A stretch of 64,000 nucleotides of DNA from the human T2T-CHM13v2.0 reference genome, Homo sapiens, in the NCBI RefSeq assembly GCF_009914755.1, contig NC_060947.1. The stretch is one strand, 5' to 3'. Under the pieces are notes generated by a model, which saw nothing but the letters and a program-made list of their open reading frames with translations, ran no database searches and was not told the origin of the DNA. The first letter of the stretch is position 1, and each line of letters starts with the position of its first letter. Positions 29,503 to 42,964 of this stretch are shown here, one piece after another. Made by a program: the position numbers and the translations under genes.

Positions 29503-29936
29503 TGTTAAAGCAAAACTAAATAATGGCCTGAGAAGGACTCTGTACTTCTATATTTGAGTCCTTGTGGATGAACTGTAACCTAGCTTAATAGTCAGACAAA
29601 ATTGAAAACCTAACTTAGGAGTATGCGCCTGTAACAATAACTGAGTCTTAGCCAATCCCCGTGGCCATACTTCAACTACTCATAGACTGCTAAGTGTACA
29701 AACTGTGTTCAAATAAGGCAAATGCCAACCTGTAACCAACCCAGCTGTTTCTGTGGCTCACTGCCAATTTCTGTATGTCATTTCCCTTTTTTTGTCTATA
29801 AATCTTCTTCCACCACATGGGTGCACTTGAGTCTCTCTGAATCTGCTGTGATTCTGGGGGCTGCCCGATTCACGAATCGTTCATTGCTCAATTAAACTCC
29901 TTTAAATTTAATTCAGCTGAAGTTTATCTTTTATCA
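29503..29936 (+). mobile_element. MER57-like ERV1 solo LTR
   Basis: TGTTAAAGCAAAACTAAATAATGGCCTGAGAAGGACTC start; ATTAAA signal; ends TTTTATCA. Confidence 0.8.
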
Positions 29937-30311
29937 CTACACATCCTGTACACAAGTGTTCAGAAAATGTCCCATAATTGCATGATGATATTGAGAATTT
30001 AAATGCTGGTTTAAAGAAGGAGTCAACAAACTGTGGCCTAAAGGAAGACTACCTGTTTCTCTAGATAAAGTTTTGGAGAACACGACCATACTCATTCATT
30101 TATGTAGTTTTGTTTTGACAGAAACTATATGGTCAGCAAGCTTAAAATATTTACTACCTGACAGTTACTGGAAAAGTTTGCTGACCCCTAGTTTAGCACA
30201 ATCTAGACAGTATAATTATGGAAATAAATAATATCTACTTGGGGGTACAATGCATCAACTTTGTCTAAGCACTAGTTATTGTACCAAGTAGTAACTTAAT
30301 AAACAGTGCAC

Positions 30312-30625
30312 TATGAAGGTCAGTTTTATGTATAAACTTGACTAGGATATAAGTCCCTAGTTATTCAATCAATCCAATATTAATGTAGGTTCTGCTGTAA
30401 AGGTATTTTGTAGAGGTAAAGTCCATAATCTGCTGATGATAAGTAAAGAAGGTCATCCTAGATAATCTAGGTAGGCATGAAACTGAGGATTACAAGAATA
30501 ATAAATTTCCCGCCTGCCTTTCCTGATGGCCTGCCCTGCAGATTTCAGACGTGCCTCACCAGCCCTCATAATTGCATATGCCAATTGCTTGCAATAAATC
30601 CCTTTATATACATATATTTAATACA
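30312..30625 (+). mobile_element. MLT2-like ERVL LTR, internally deleted
   Basis: TTTTATGTATAAACTTGACTAGG...GCCTCACCAGCCCTCATAATTGC...AATAAATC. Confidence 0.65.
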
Positions 30626-31805
30626 GCACTTTAAAGGAGGGGTTCAAAATATAAGTTCCATGGACTGGGATCCTACTTGTTCAGTTATTTTGGTTAAATT
30701 CTGACAGATTCATGTATCTTTGTGACCTGAAGAAGTTAAAGCTCACTCCAATAAAGGAGTTTATTTTCCATACCAGAAAGGATGTATTAAAACATGTCAA
30801 AATCTTTTTATAGGAGGCTTGAGAAGTAGTATTATTACCATAATTTTGCCCTGACCTAATAAAAGACCTGATAAAAAATGGCATTAAGATTTTTAATAGA
30901 TCAGCTATTTCAATCCATTATGCAATTCTCATTTCTTTGATTTGAATATTGTCAAAGCTAACTTACTATTAACAAAAAATTATTTCCTTCTTAAAATCCC
31001 ATGTAGTTCCTCTAACTCTATGACATTCAGAAGATATACTAACTTTCCTCAGTGACAAAGGTTACTTCCTAATTTATTAGTTCTGCCTGATGTTCAGTTA
31101 GGGGGAAAAAGTCAAACCAAATCAAAAGACGAAAACAAACAAAGCTTATTTTCGGTTTGTGTAATCTTTTGTTTGAATGTATCAGCATTGTATTTCATTT
31201 TATGTGAAAGGAAAGAATGCCCTTTGACTTTGCTTATCAAATAACCTTCCTTTATCATTGAGGGCAAAGACCTGAAATACTGTTTTTTCCAGCCTTCTGC
31301 TTTGCAAATAAGTTCCCCTCATCCTCTGACCCACCACTAAATTCAGTATTCACAGTCTTCATACCTCATTGTTTTCATTTGCCAGAATGCAAAATATAAC
31401 ACTGAAGGGACATTGGTCCATAGTATTAGGCCAAAGGTCTATTTGACAATTGGAGTGACTTACTCTGAACAGAAAAGTTATTATTTATTTTTAATTAGCA
31501 AAAAAAATTGAATCTATGGTTATATTTTAAAAAGGTATAGACAGTGAATTTAAAACTAATTTCATCATTCTTAATCTTATATAAAAGATTATTGTATTAG
31601 ATGTTGTATTTCCTGGGATCTCAGCTTGATTTTTTAAATTATTACTTGTATGATTGACCAATTACTTAATGTCCCTGAGACTCCAATCTCCTCTGTGTAA
31701 ATAAGAATAATTATAATTTTTTGTTTACACAGTGTTATTTTCAATATCAGGGCAAAGTTGTTTTGAGAACTCTGGGGCCAAAGGTAATATTATTTTCAGG
31801 GGCAG

Positions 31806-32180
31806 TGATATGGTTTGGCTCTGTGTCCCCACTCAAATTACATCTCAAATTGTAATTCCCATGTGGTGAGGAAGAGACCTATAAACTCCATGTGTCAAGG
31901 CATATAAGTGATTGGATTATGGCAGCAGTTTCTCCCATGCTGTTCTTGTGATAGTGAGTTCTCATGAGATCTTACAGCTTTATAAGCGGAAGTTTTTCCT
32001 TTTTTGCTCTCTTCTCTCTCCTGCCGCCTTGTGAGAAGGTGCCTGCTTTGCCTTCTGCCATGCTTGTAAGTTTCCTGAGCCCTTCCTAGCAATATGGAAC
32101 TGTGTGTCAATTAAATCTTTCTTTATAAATTACCCAGCCTCAGGCAGTTCTTTAAAGCACTGTGAGAATGAACTAATACA
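31806..32180 (+). mobile_element. THE1 (MaLR) solo LTR
   Basis: TGATATGGTTTGGCTCTG...AACTAATACA; perfect TSD GGCAG. Confidence 0.93.
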
Positions 32181-32756
32181 GGCAGTGTCACAGACTCTTT
32201 TGCGAATATAATAATGACCACAGGTGTTTTCCTTAGAGACACCAACATATTACCAATGATGTGAATTTTTTGCTCATGAGCACAGTATGTTCACAGTCCA
32301 CTGGAACACTATCTTTGAGCTGGTCCATGGGACTTAAATTTTGAACTCCTCCTTTAAAGTGCTATGTTAACATAGTACTATTTTATGTAAATGTACATTA
32401 TAAGCAATCTGAAATCAATAAAATAAGTGTTGCATGCTTATGTTTTCCCCATTATTTTAAATACATATATTCACATGCATTTATTCATATATTTCTCACA
32501 GCAAGCTTCCAAAGTAAGTACTATAATTATCCCAGTTCTATAGTCAGAGGAGACTAAGGCACAGAGATGTTAGGTAGCAGGACTGGAAATTGGTGGGGAA
32601 GCCTGAGTCCAGGGTTTGGAACCTGCCATGCTATGTTCTGTCCTGTATTTAACACAAGGGCCACACAAGAGCTTGCGCCTAGAGGAGGGCTTGATTCCTT
32701 TGATTGTGTGTGTGAGCACCAGCCAGGGTGTCAGAAATCTGCACTGTAACCATGCC

Positions 32757-33870
32757 TTTTTTAATTTTTAATTTTTGTGGGTACATAGTAGGTATATATA
32801 TTTATGGGTTCAGATATTTTGATATAGACACGCAATGCATAATAATCACATCAGGGTAAATTGGGTATCCATGGCCTCAAGCATTTATCCTTTGTGTTAC
32901 AAACAATTCAATTATACTTTTTAAGTTTTAAAATGTACAATTAAATTATTTTTTACTGTAGTCACCCTATTGTGCTAGTGTATATTAGATCTTATCCATT
33001 CATTCTAACTATTTTTTGAATCATTAACCATCCTGACTACCACCCTACAACCTCTACTACCCTTCCCAGCCTCTGGTAACTATCCTTTTACTCTCTATTT
33101 CCATGAGCTCAATTGTTTTAATTTTTAGCTCCCACAAATAAGTGAGAACATGCAGATTGTCTTTCTGTGCCTGGCTTATTTCACTTAATATAATGGCCTC
33201 CAGTTACACCCATGTTGTTGCAAGTGACTGGATCTTATTCTTTTTTAAGGCTGACTAGTACTCCATTGTGTATATTGAATAGTGTGAATAGTGCTGCAAT
33301 AAACATGGGAGTGGAGATATCTTTATGATATCCCAATTTCCTCTTTTTTGGACATATACCTAGCAGTGGGATTGCTGGATCATATGGTAGCTCTATTTTA
33401 GTTTTTTGAGGAACCTTCATAGTGATTATACTAATTTACATTTCCACCAACACTATATGAGGATTCCCTTCTATCCACATCCTTACAACTCCAAAAGCTT
33501 GCTTGGTACTCTACCCACTGTGGCCATGCTGGTGTCTAAGGTGCAAGACAAAGTCCCCTTTCTTTTTCCCTCTACTTTCCTGAAGCGGAAGGTGTTTCTC
33601 CCCATAGCTACCAAATCTGGGAATGTGCTGAATCTCACCTGAAGCCAGCAAGTCTCAGAATCTCACCCAAGGCCCACAGCATACTACATAAGTATTGATG
33701 CTGGTTATTCAAGGCCCAAAGGCTTGTTAGTCAACAGGTGATGGATCCTTCCAGGACTTCATCATTCCCTTCAAGGCAGCAGGTTCCCTTCTGGTCCCGA
33801 GTGTGTCTAGAAATGTTGTCTGGGAGCTAGTGCCTGGCCAAGGTGGCCTGATGACTCTGACTTGCAACAC
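32757..33870 (-). mobile_element. L1MA/PB-type 3' end (to ~33490) joined to a probable L1 5'-region fragment
   Basis: Antisense 3'UTR and ORF2 C-terminus (ELPYDPAIPLLGICPK); abrupt change of sequence character at ~33490. Confidence 0.7.
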
Positions 33871-35620
33871 TAAAACTGAGAGGATTTCCATTTAGACACT
33901 CAATCCTGTAGTCAACATACACAGACACACAAACTTACATACATACATACACACGTACAACTCAGCTAAAATACTTAAGGAAAGGCATTGAAAAGGGGAA
34001 AAATGTGATCAAATATATCCAATCATTTTAAGATATTTTGTGATTAACATTACTCACTGGCTAAGTTTTGCACTTCTAATTATAGTGATAGTCTTTTCAA
34101 GATCATTTGTTCTTTTGACCAGGAGTAGTAAATTGTTCTTATTACTCATTCCTAATACACCACAAAAAATTTTAAATTCTCTAAAAGCATAGCCCAACTT
34201 ATTATCATCTTTATCACTATTATTATTACCATTTATTATTTTCTCCAACTTGTTTTCTCATTTTTATAAGCTAGAATGGAAAAACAAAATAAGAAGAAAA
34301 TATTAGAATATTTTTTAATTTGTAAATTATGGTTTAGAAAACACAAGACAATTGTTCAGTTTTATTTTATTACACTTCACCTTAGAAGTGGCCTACATTT
34401 TATTGTTCTTTAAATAAAAATGGATAATTTGATATGGTGGTAGGTTTACACTACCAAGAAATAGATCCAATATTCTAAGAGCTACTGATGTCACTGTGTG
34501 ACAAACCTGCACATGTACCCCCTTAATCTAAAATACAAAGTGAAATTATTTAAAAAAATAAAATAAAAGATGCTGATAAAGGTGAGGGAAAAGCAATTTA
34601 GATGATGGTATTGAGATACTAATGCTAATTCTTAGATAATATAACTAACTTAATCTAATTTCCCCAACCCCATTTGGACACTTTTGAGAAAAGTACAGAT
34701 AGTTCCCAGCAACGAAGTTCCCAAGTCTGTACAGAGTGCCATGCATGGGGACACAATTTCTGATTATTCTTCTCTAGGTCTATAGAAAGCAAAAAGGCAA
34801 GGTATAATGTTGAGAAATAAAATATATATATTTTTTTCTGATTATACAGCTTTTTTCTTAAACTTCTCAGTTCTATAGTGACTGATTATTACTTCTCAAA
34901 ATTGCTTGGGTTTTTTTTTTTTTCTCCAGAATGCATAGTATAGCAGCAGAAGGCACAGTTAACTTTCCCAATAGGGATGGTTGAAATGTCACACCAAATG
35001 TATAGGGTTCATGTTTAAATTTTGATGTTGCTGTATTAACAAACATAGAAGCAGTGACATTTCTATACTCCAACATGAAGCAGATGTCAACCATCTTCAG
35101 TGTGTTCTAAGAAGATTTAGAGATGCATTACCAAAGTTGAAGTCATTTAAAAATTCCTTTAAGAATATGACCTGAATATTGGAAGTATTAATAAAAATTT
35201 TCCCAGTTAAGCATTATAAAAGCCTTATTATGATATAAATTACTCTAATTTTGTTTCTTAAAATAAATACGTGTAATTATCATTTAGCCACAATTTCCTC
35301 AAATCATAGTTGAAATTTTAATAGCTATTCTCTATAGGTATCTTTGTTAATTGATTCAATTTTTCTGTATTCTTCACTTAAAAAGAGACAACTTTTTCTT
35401 GGCCTCCATGTTTTTTAAGCAACTTAACAATAGCATGATTGTTAGTACCATCTATAAATATAAAGGCCATATGTAATAAAGAGCTGATTGATATAGTTTC
35501 ATGTAATTCAAACAAAATGACTGAATATTTTTACTTGACTGCTCCCACAGCCTAATAGAAATAATTCTCCCTTATGATCATTCTGTAGATGTTGCCTTTA
35601 AATGTGAGGTCAAAATTCTC

Positions 35621-36487
35621 TTTATTTTTTAAAATTTTGTTTTAGGTTCAGGGGTAAATGTGAAGGTTTGTTACACGGGTGAACTCATGCACGGGGGTTT
35701 GTTGTACAGATGATTTCATCATCCAGGTATTAAACCCAGTACCCAATAGTTATTTTTCCTGATCCTCTCCCTCCTCCCAGACTCTTCCCTCAAGTAGACC
35801 CCAGTGTCTGTTGTTCTCTTCTTTGTGTTCATGAGTTCTCATCATGTAGCTCCCACTTATAAGTGAGAACATGCAGTATTCGGTTTTCTGTTCCTCTGTT
35901 AGTTTGCCAATAATAACAGCCACCACACTGCACTGTAGCCTGAGCAACAGAGCGAAAACCTGTCTCAAGAAAAAGAGTAATAGCCTCTAGCTCAATCCAT
36001 GTTCCTGCAAAAGACATGATCTTGTTCCTTTTTATGGCTGCATAGTATCCCATTGTGTATATGTACCACATTTTCTTTATCCAATTTGTCATTGATGGGC
36101 ATTTAGGTTGATTCCATGTCCCTGCTATTGTGAATAATGTTGCAGTGAACATTCACGTGCGTGTTAACACAATCAACAAGCATATGAAAAAAGCACAATA
36201 TGACTGATTATTAGAGAAATGCAAATCAAAACTACAATAATATACCATCTCACACTAGTCAGAATGGCTATTATTAAGAAGTCAAAAACAAACAAACAAA
36301 CACAGATACTGGTGAGATTACAGAGAAAAGGGAACACTTATACACTGTTGGTGGGAGTATAAATTAGTTCAACCATTATGGAAAGCAGTATGGTAATTTC
36401 TCAAAGAGTTAAAAGCAGAATTACAATTCCACCAAGCAATCCCATTACTGGGTATATAACCAGAGGAAAATAAATCATTCTACCAAA
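35621..36487 (-). mobile_element. Short primate L1 with 5' inversion, containing a tiny Alu 3' fragment (35922-35977)
   Basis: Antisense 3' end to ~36163, sense segment ~36165-36487; TSD CAAAATT(C/T)TCTTTA. Confidence 0.88.
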
Positions 36488-38179
36488 ATTTTCTTTAAAT
36501 AGTTTGCAAATAATGCAAATATATAAACATAATGACTTCACACTCTAGACTACACTATTTTTCTCATTAAAACATACTCTTTCCACAAAATGAGCACAAT
36601 ACCACCCACATACTAAGATTCAGGTAGCACTTCTACCCCCAAAATATCTCATTTACCAGTCCCCTATTTCTGAAATTTCATTATTAGAACTGTATATTGC
36701 TGATTTCTCTTCCTGCTTGAAACACAGTTAATTCATACATATGATGGCCTTATATGTAGAATGATTTAGTATGGAGATATTTTGTTACAGCAGCTTTTGT
36801 TACAGGTAAAATAGAACATTATGGCTCTAGAAATCAGAAAAATGAGGAAATAGCTTCAAAAGAGGAAATAAGTCATTGAAAAACATGCTTCACCAGGTTC
36901 ACAAGGTTATCAGCAGCTAGTTAGTTTTGCTAAAAAAAAAAAAAACTATATTGATTTTGAGTGGTCTAGATTAAAGGGGATTAAGCTAAGGATGTTGGAA
37001 ACCATTCGTCAAACAATAACAGCAAAATAAAGGTTGGTTGAATGTTTTATGTAGATTTTAGAAGAAAAATATTTTTAATTAAATATTAATGATGAAGAGA
37101 AAGAATTAGGGCATCAATAGAGAAGCAGTATTTTTTATGGCCCATAACCTTTTTGCAGCAATTGATTGCAGTAGCCAAGGATTCATATATATTTAATTCT
37201 CATAAAATGTAGTTAATTTGCTAATTCAGTTGGACATATATGTCTTACAAATAAAGGTTACCCACAATTTAGCTATTTGTCAACACTATTCTTAAACAGA
37301 CTCTTCAATTTTCCATAACTACAACTGAGTTAAGTGAGTAAAGAGAAATGCTAAAATCAGTTCAGAGAAGAAATACTGACCTTGATGCTTGTTTTTCTTA
37401 AAAATATGTTGATTTATATAAAAACTTAAAAGTAGATGCAATATAAGATTTATTAATTATATACTTCAGAAAGTTTTCCAGTTTTTGTGTCTTGCTTGTC
37501 TTTAATTTATAACATGCTTTTCATTAACAATATTTATTTTTTCTTCAATGGAGTCATGTACTTTAATAAAGACATCATTGCCTCTGCATACTCTCCAACT
37601 CCCACAGAGACTGAAAATGTATAATTTAAAATACATCCTATGGTTGTAAAACAAGTAGCTTAATTGAAGAATATTTATTTTGGTCTGCCTTCACAAGTAA
37701 AAGTTATTTCAGTTAACTGACGAACAAAAGTCTGGAGGTCTTAAACCTAATACTACTCTGATAAACTCAACATTAGGTTCTTATTTCTCTAGCATAAATC
37801 AACTTAATGCAATGAGGATACACAGTAAATATTATTTGCTGTTTATTATGAAGTGTTAAATCCATCATCACAGCATGTGGTTCAGGACCTATGAGTTTAA
37901 TCTATACTCAAGTAACATAACATGGATGTATAAATATGTGCTGCCTCAGAATCTAAAGTGTATTTCATTTGTTTAAACCAGTAATTTTTAAGTACTTTCT
38001 AACTGGCACTCTGTAAACAGAATTATTAAGATTTAATTACAATTTTCTGTCTTTTTAAAAAGGGTATTTTGTTGTGTCTTGGTACCTGAGCTGAAAGGTT
38101 AAATTAATATCCATCATCAGCAAAAATGATAAGAAACTTTATAAAATGCATTTACATTTGAAATTTTATTTATTCTCAC

Positions 38180-38533
38180 TGTATTAGTCTGTTTTCACAC
38201 TGCTGATAAAGACATACCTGAGACTGGGCAATTTACAAAAGAAAGAAGTTTAATGGACTTACAGTTCCAACTGGCTGGGGAAGCCTCACAATCATGGCAG
38301 AAGGCAAGGAAGAGCAAGTCACATCTTACATGGATGGCAGCAGGCAAAGAGAGAGCTTGTGCAGGGAAACTACCCTTTTTAAAACCATCCAATCTCATGA
38401 GACTTACTCACTCTCACAAGAACAGCCCGGGAAAGACCTGTCCCCATGATTCAATTACCACCTACTGGGTCTTTCCCACAACACATGGGAATTCAAGATG
38501 AGATTTGGGTGGGATCACAGCCAAACCATATCA
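38180..38533 (-). mobile_element. THE1 (MaLR) solo LTR
   Basis: TGTATTAGTC...AACCATATCA; perfect TSD CTCAC. Confidence 0.94.
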
Positions 38534-39040
38534 CTCACTCTTTATATCTGTCAACCTATAAAAATCTTGCATATTTTTGTTTCAACTTAAAAAATATAAA
38601 TTTATAAATTTCAAACAGATTTGTTCAATTATTGAAATCAATAATATACAAACTGATATTTTGAAAAAACTTTAAAATAATAAATATTACTGAAATAACA
38701 TTCAAATAATAATAGCTTTCAAATATTGTTATTTATGAATTGGCAGTTATATTTGTCTTATGTTTGTGAGTGTATATTGAGCGAGTATGTGTATGTTTGT
38801 GGATGGCTAGATAGACAGACGATAGGTAATTTGGAACAAACATGTTTTAGATATTCCAACAAACGTAAAATAGTAGAACCAAACATATAGTGTGTATCCT
38901 TTTTCCTCCCACTAACTGTCCATGAAAATAGATAATATTTGAAATGAATTTATATATATGTACATGTATATATCAGATTCAAAATTGCTTTTATCTTAGT
39001 GTATGTTGACTACAGAGATTGTATTTCATTTCTCCGTTTC

Positions 39041-39350
<310 letters not shown>

Positions 39351-40763
39351 CCATTTCTCCTTTTCTTATGTCATTGAAATTAGCCATGTTTTAATGAAAG
39401 GTCTGAAAAAAATGTCTTTTTGTATCTATAGATGGAAGGAAAGGAAAAGGTAGTAATAAGAGAAGATTAGAATCACATTTTTGTTATCCCTCGACTAAAG
39501 TTAGAAGATATTCATGATCTAGACATTCTTGGAGTTGTTACACTTTATGTCATTCTGATGTTTTTGGTTTAAGGACTTGGCTGCATCTATGGCCCCATTA
39601 TTGACTGATTATGCTAATCTTATGGAGAGTGTCATTAGATATTGAACAAAGTTGCAACTCCTCATGTGAATACTAAGGATGTTCTCAAACACATTTTCAA
39701 AACCCAAGAGGGAAATAAACCTTCTCTTGCATCCCCTATCTTTTCTCACCATGGCCTGTGAGCAAAATTGATTTTTTCTCCCCCAATTCTGTTATATCGG
39801 AGGTGGTGGCTCTCTCTCATTAGTTAATCCCATCTTCCTCCACCCAAAGCATAACCATATTCTATAGGATAATTCTGAAAAAGAGCTGACCTCCTGCTTT
39901 GCCTTAATCTGCCTCAATTAAGATGAGATAATCAGAAACATAACTTTAAAATATTTCTATAAATGACCAAGACCATTAAATGCAATTAGAATTATAATAA
40001 TTTAAAGCATATTTGAACCCAAGGGCTTGTGTAATTTAACATCACTATTTTCCATACAAACAAAATGAAGCTCTGAGAGTCTAAATGACATGCCAGGCTT
40101 GTGCTCATTCAAGACATCCCATTACCTCCCACCAATATTATGCCATTTTAATCATGAATTTAGTTACTATTAGTTGGCAATTCTGTAATATGTGGCCAAA
40201 ACCAAGGCAATAGATAAAACCACTATTTGATATAGGGCTTGCCAGAGCTACATTGAATATTGAGACAACTGTCTTGTCAAAACTTAACCAAAATATCTAA
40301 ATATTGAAGATTATTTTAATTTTAGTTCCCATATTATCATTAGGAACTTATACGTTTATGTGAAAGCTGTTCTACCAAACTTAAATCATTGATTTCTATT
40401 TATCTTATAGCTAATGTATGATGTACAGGTACATAGAAACTGGTATTTCTTGCAATATAAAGCATCATTTATAAGCAATATTATCTTCATTTGCATAAAT
40501 ATTCTTAAGTTTTATGAAATATTAAAGTGTTATAGAATGCAATATAGTTAATAATGTGTGTTTCATTTATTGACACTTTGGAATCAGTGCTGGCAGCACA
40601 GGAAGTATAAGTTAAAAATTAGTGATATAATTAATCACATCATAAAAATATTAAAAATAAATATTTGAGAAAGAACCAGATATTCTTGCTGAAGGAGATT
40701 TAGCAACTGTTCTAAATTTTTAGGAAGCTAAATTAGCTGGGTCCTTTAGACTTCCTTGGAAGT

Positions 40764-41806
40764 CTCTTTTCTGTTCCATTTGTCTGTGTGTCAGAAAGCA
40801 AAAACTGACAAATTGGATCTAATTAAACTAAAGAGCTTCTGCACAGCAAAAGAAACTCTCATCAGAGTAAGCAGGCAACCTACAGAGTGGGAGAAAATTT
40901 TTGGAATCTATTCATCTGACAAAGGTCTTATATCCAGAATCTACAAAGAACTTAAATTTACAAGAAAAAAACAAACAACCCCATTAAAAAGTGGGCAAAG
41001 GACACGAACAGACACTTCTCAAAAGAAGACATTAATGTGGCCAACAAACATACGAAAAAAAGCTCAACATCACTGATCATTAGAGAAATGCAAATCAACA
41101 CCACAATGAGATACCATCTCACACCAGTCAGAATGACGATTATCAAAATGTCAAGAAACAACAGATGCTGGTGAGCTTGTAGAGAAATAGGAATGTTTTT
41201 ATACTGTTGGTGGGTATGTAAATTAGTTCAACCATTGTGGAAGATGGTGTGATGATTCCGCAAAGATCTAGAACCAGAAATGCCATTTGACCCAGCAATC
41301 CCATTATGGGGTATATACTCAAAGGAATATAAATCATTCTATTACAAAGATACACACACATGTATGTTCATTGCAGCCTTATTCACAATAGCAAAGACAT
41401 GGAATCAACCCAAATGCCCATAAATCACAGACTGGATAAAGAAAATGTTGTACACATACACCGTGGAATACTATGCAGCCATAAAAAAGGAACGATATCA
41501 TGTCCTTTGCCGTTATCCTCAGCAAACTAATGCAGGAACAGGAAACCAAACACCGCATGTTCTCACTTATAAGTGGGAGCTGAACAATGTGAACACGTGG
41601 ACACAGGGAGAGGAACAACACACACTGGGGCCTGTCTGGAAGTGGGGTGGGGGGAGGAAGAGCATTAGGAAAAATAGCTAATGTATGCTGGGCTTAATAC
41701 CTAGGTTATGAGTGCAGCAAACCATCATGGCACACGCTTACCTATGTAACAAACCTGCACATCCTGCACATGTATCCCCTGGAACTTAAAATGAAAATAA
41801 ATAAAA
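40764..41806 (+). mobile_element. 5'-truncated L1PA (~1 kb) with a ~29-nt inverted L1 piece at its 5' junction
   Basis: ORF2 C-terminus [15 protein letters not shown]; 3'UTR G-rich tract and A-rich tail; GAAGTCT on both flanks. Confidence 0.9.
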
Positions 41807-42219
41807 GAAGTCTTATAAAATCATTTTCGTAAATGTAACTAAATTCCAAAAATTAAAGATTTATTCTATTTATAAATTGGGCAGGATTGTATTTATCACT
41901 CATATTTGTAATTACTTATTTAAAAATAAGTTGATTTTATTAAAGAATGTCAACAATAATATATTTTATTTGCTTTTTGGACCTCAGGTGCAGAGAGCTC
42001 AATTACTCCTATTTCTCATATTAGCAGCCTATGCAAGGCTCCATTCTTTTTTATTTAATTTTTAAAATACTATTTTATGTTTGCTCATTTGTCTCAATGT
42101 CCACACTCACTTCCTCCCCACCATATATTACCACCATGGTACTTACTATTTTGTGTTATATCCTAATACATGTTTGTATCCTTGACAAATATATTATTTG
42201 TTTTAATATTAACGAATAA

Positions 42220-42567
<348 letters not shown>

Positions 42568-42964
42568 AATAAGGCCTTTTTAAAATGTATTCTTAGACTC
42601 TATATGCAACTAATTAATTGTTTCTTAGTGCTGCATAGTATTCATAGTTTATTCAACTTTAAAAAGAATCCACTTTCACTCATCTTACTTTTCTAGAATG
42701 TCTACTATTTTCCTATTTATCAAAACACACCTATTTTTAATGGAATATTTTTTGGCTTTTGCCAGTCATTTTGAAAAAGGCTTCATAAGAGAATCATTAG
42801 GAAATAAAAACCAGCAAGTGATATATTGAAAACAGTCTAGGCGGTGATTCTTCAATATTTCTTTTCACACTCTCTGGAGTTAGCAGTGGGTGTTAGCAAG
42901 CGTGGATTCAATCCCCAAACTGTTCTCACAGTAGCTCTGATCTTTCATTAGTCACTTAATGCAC

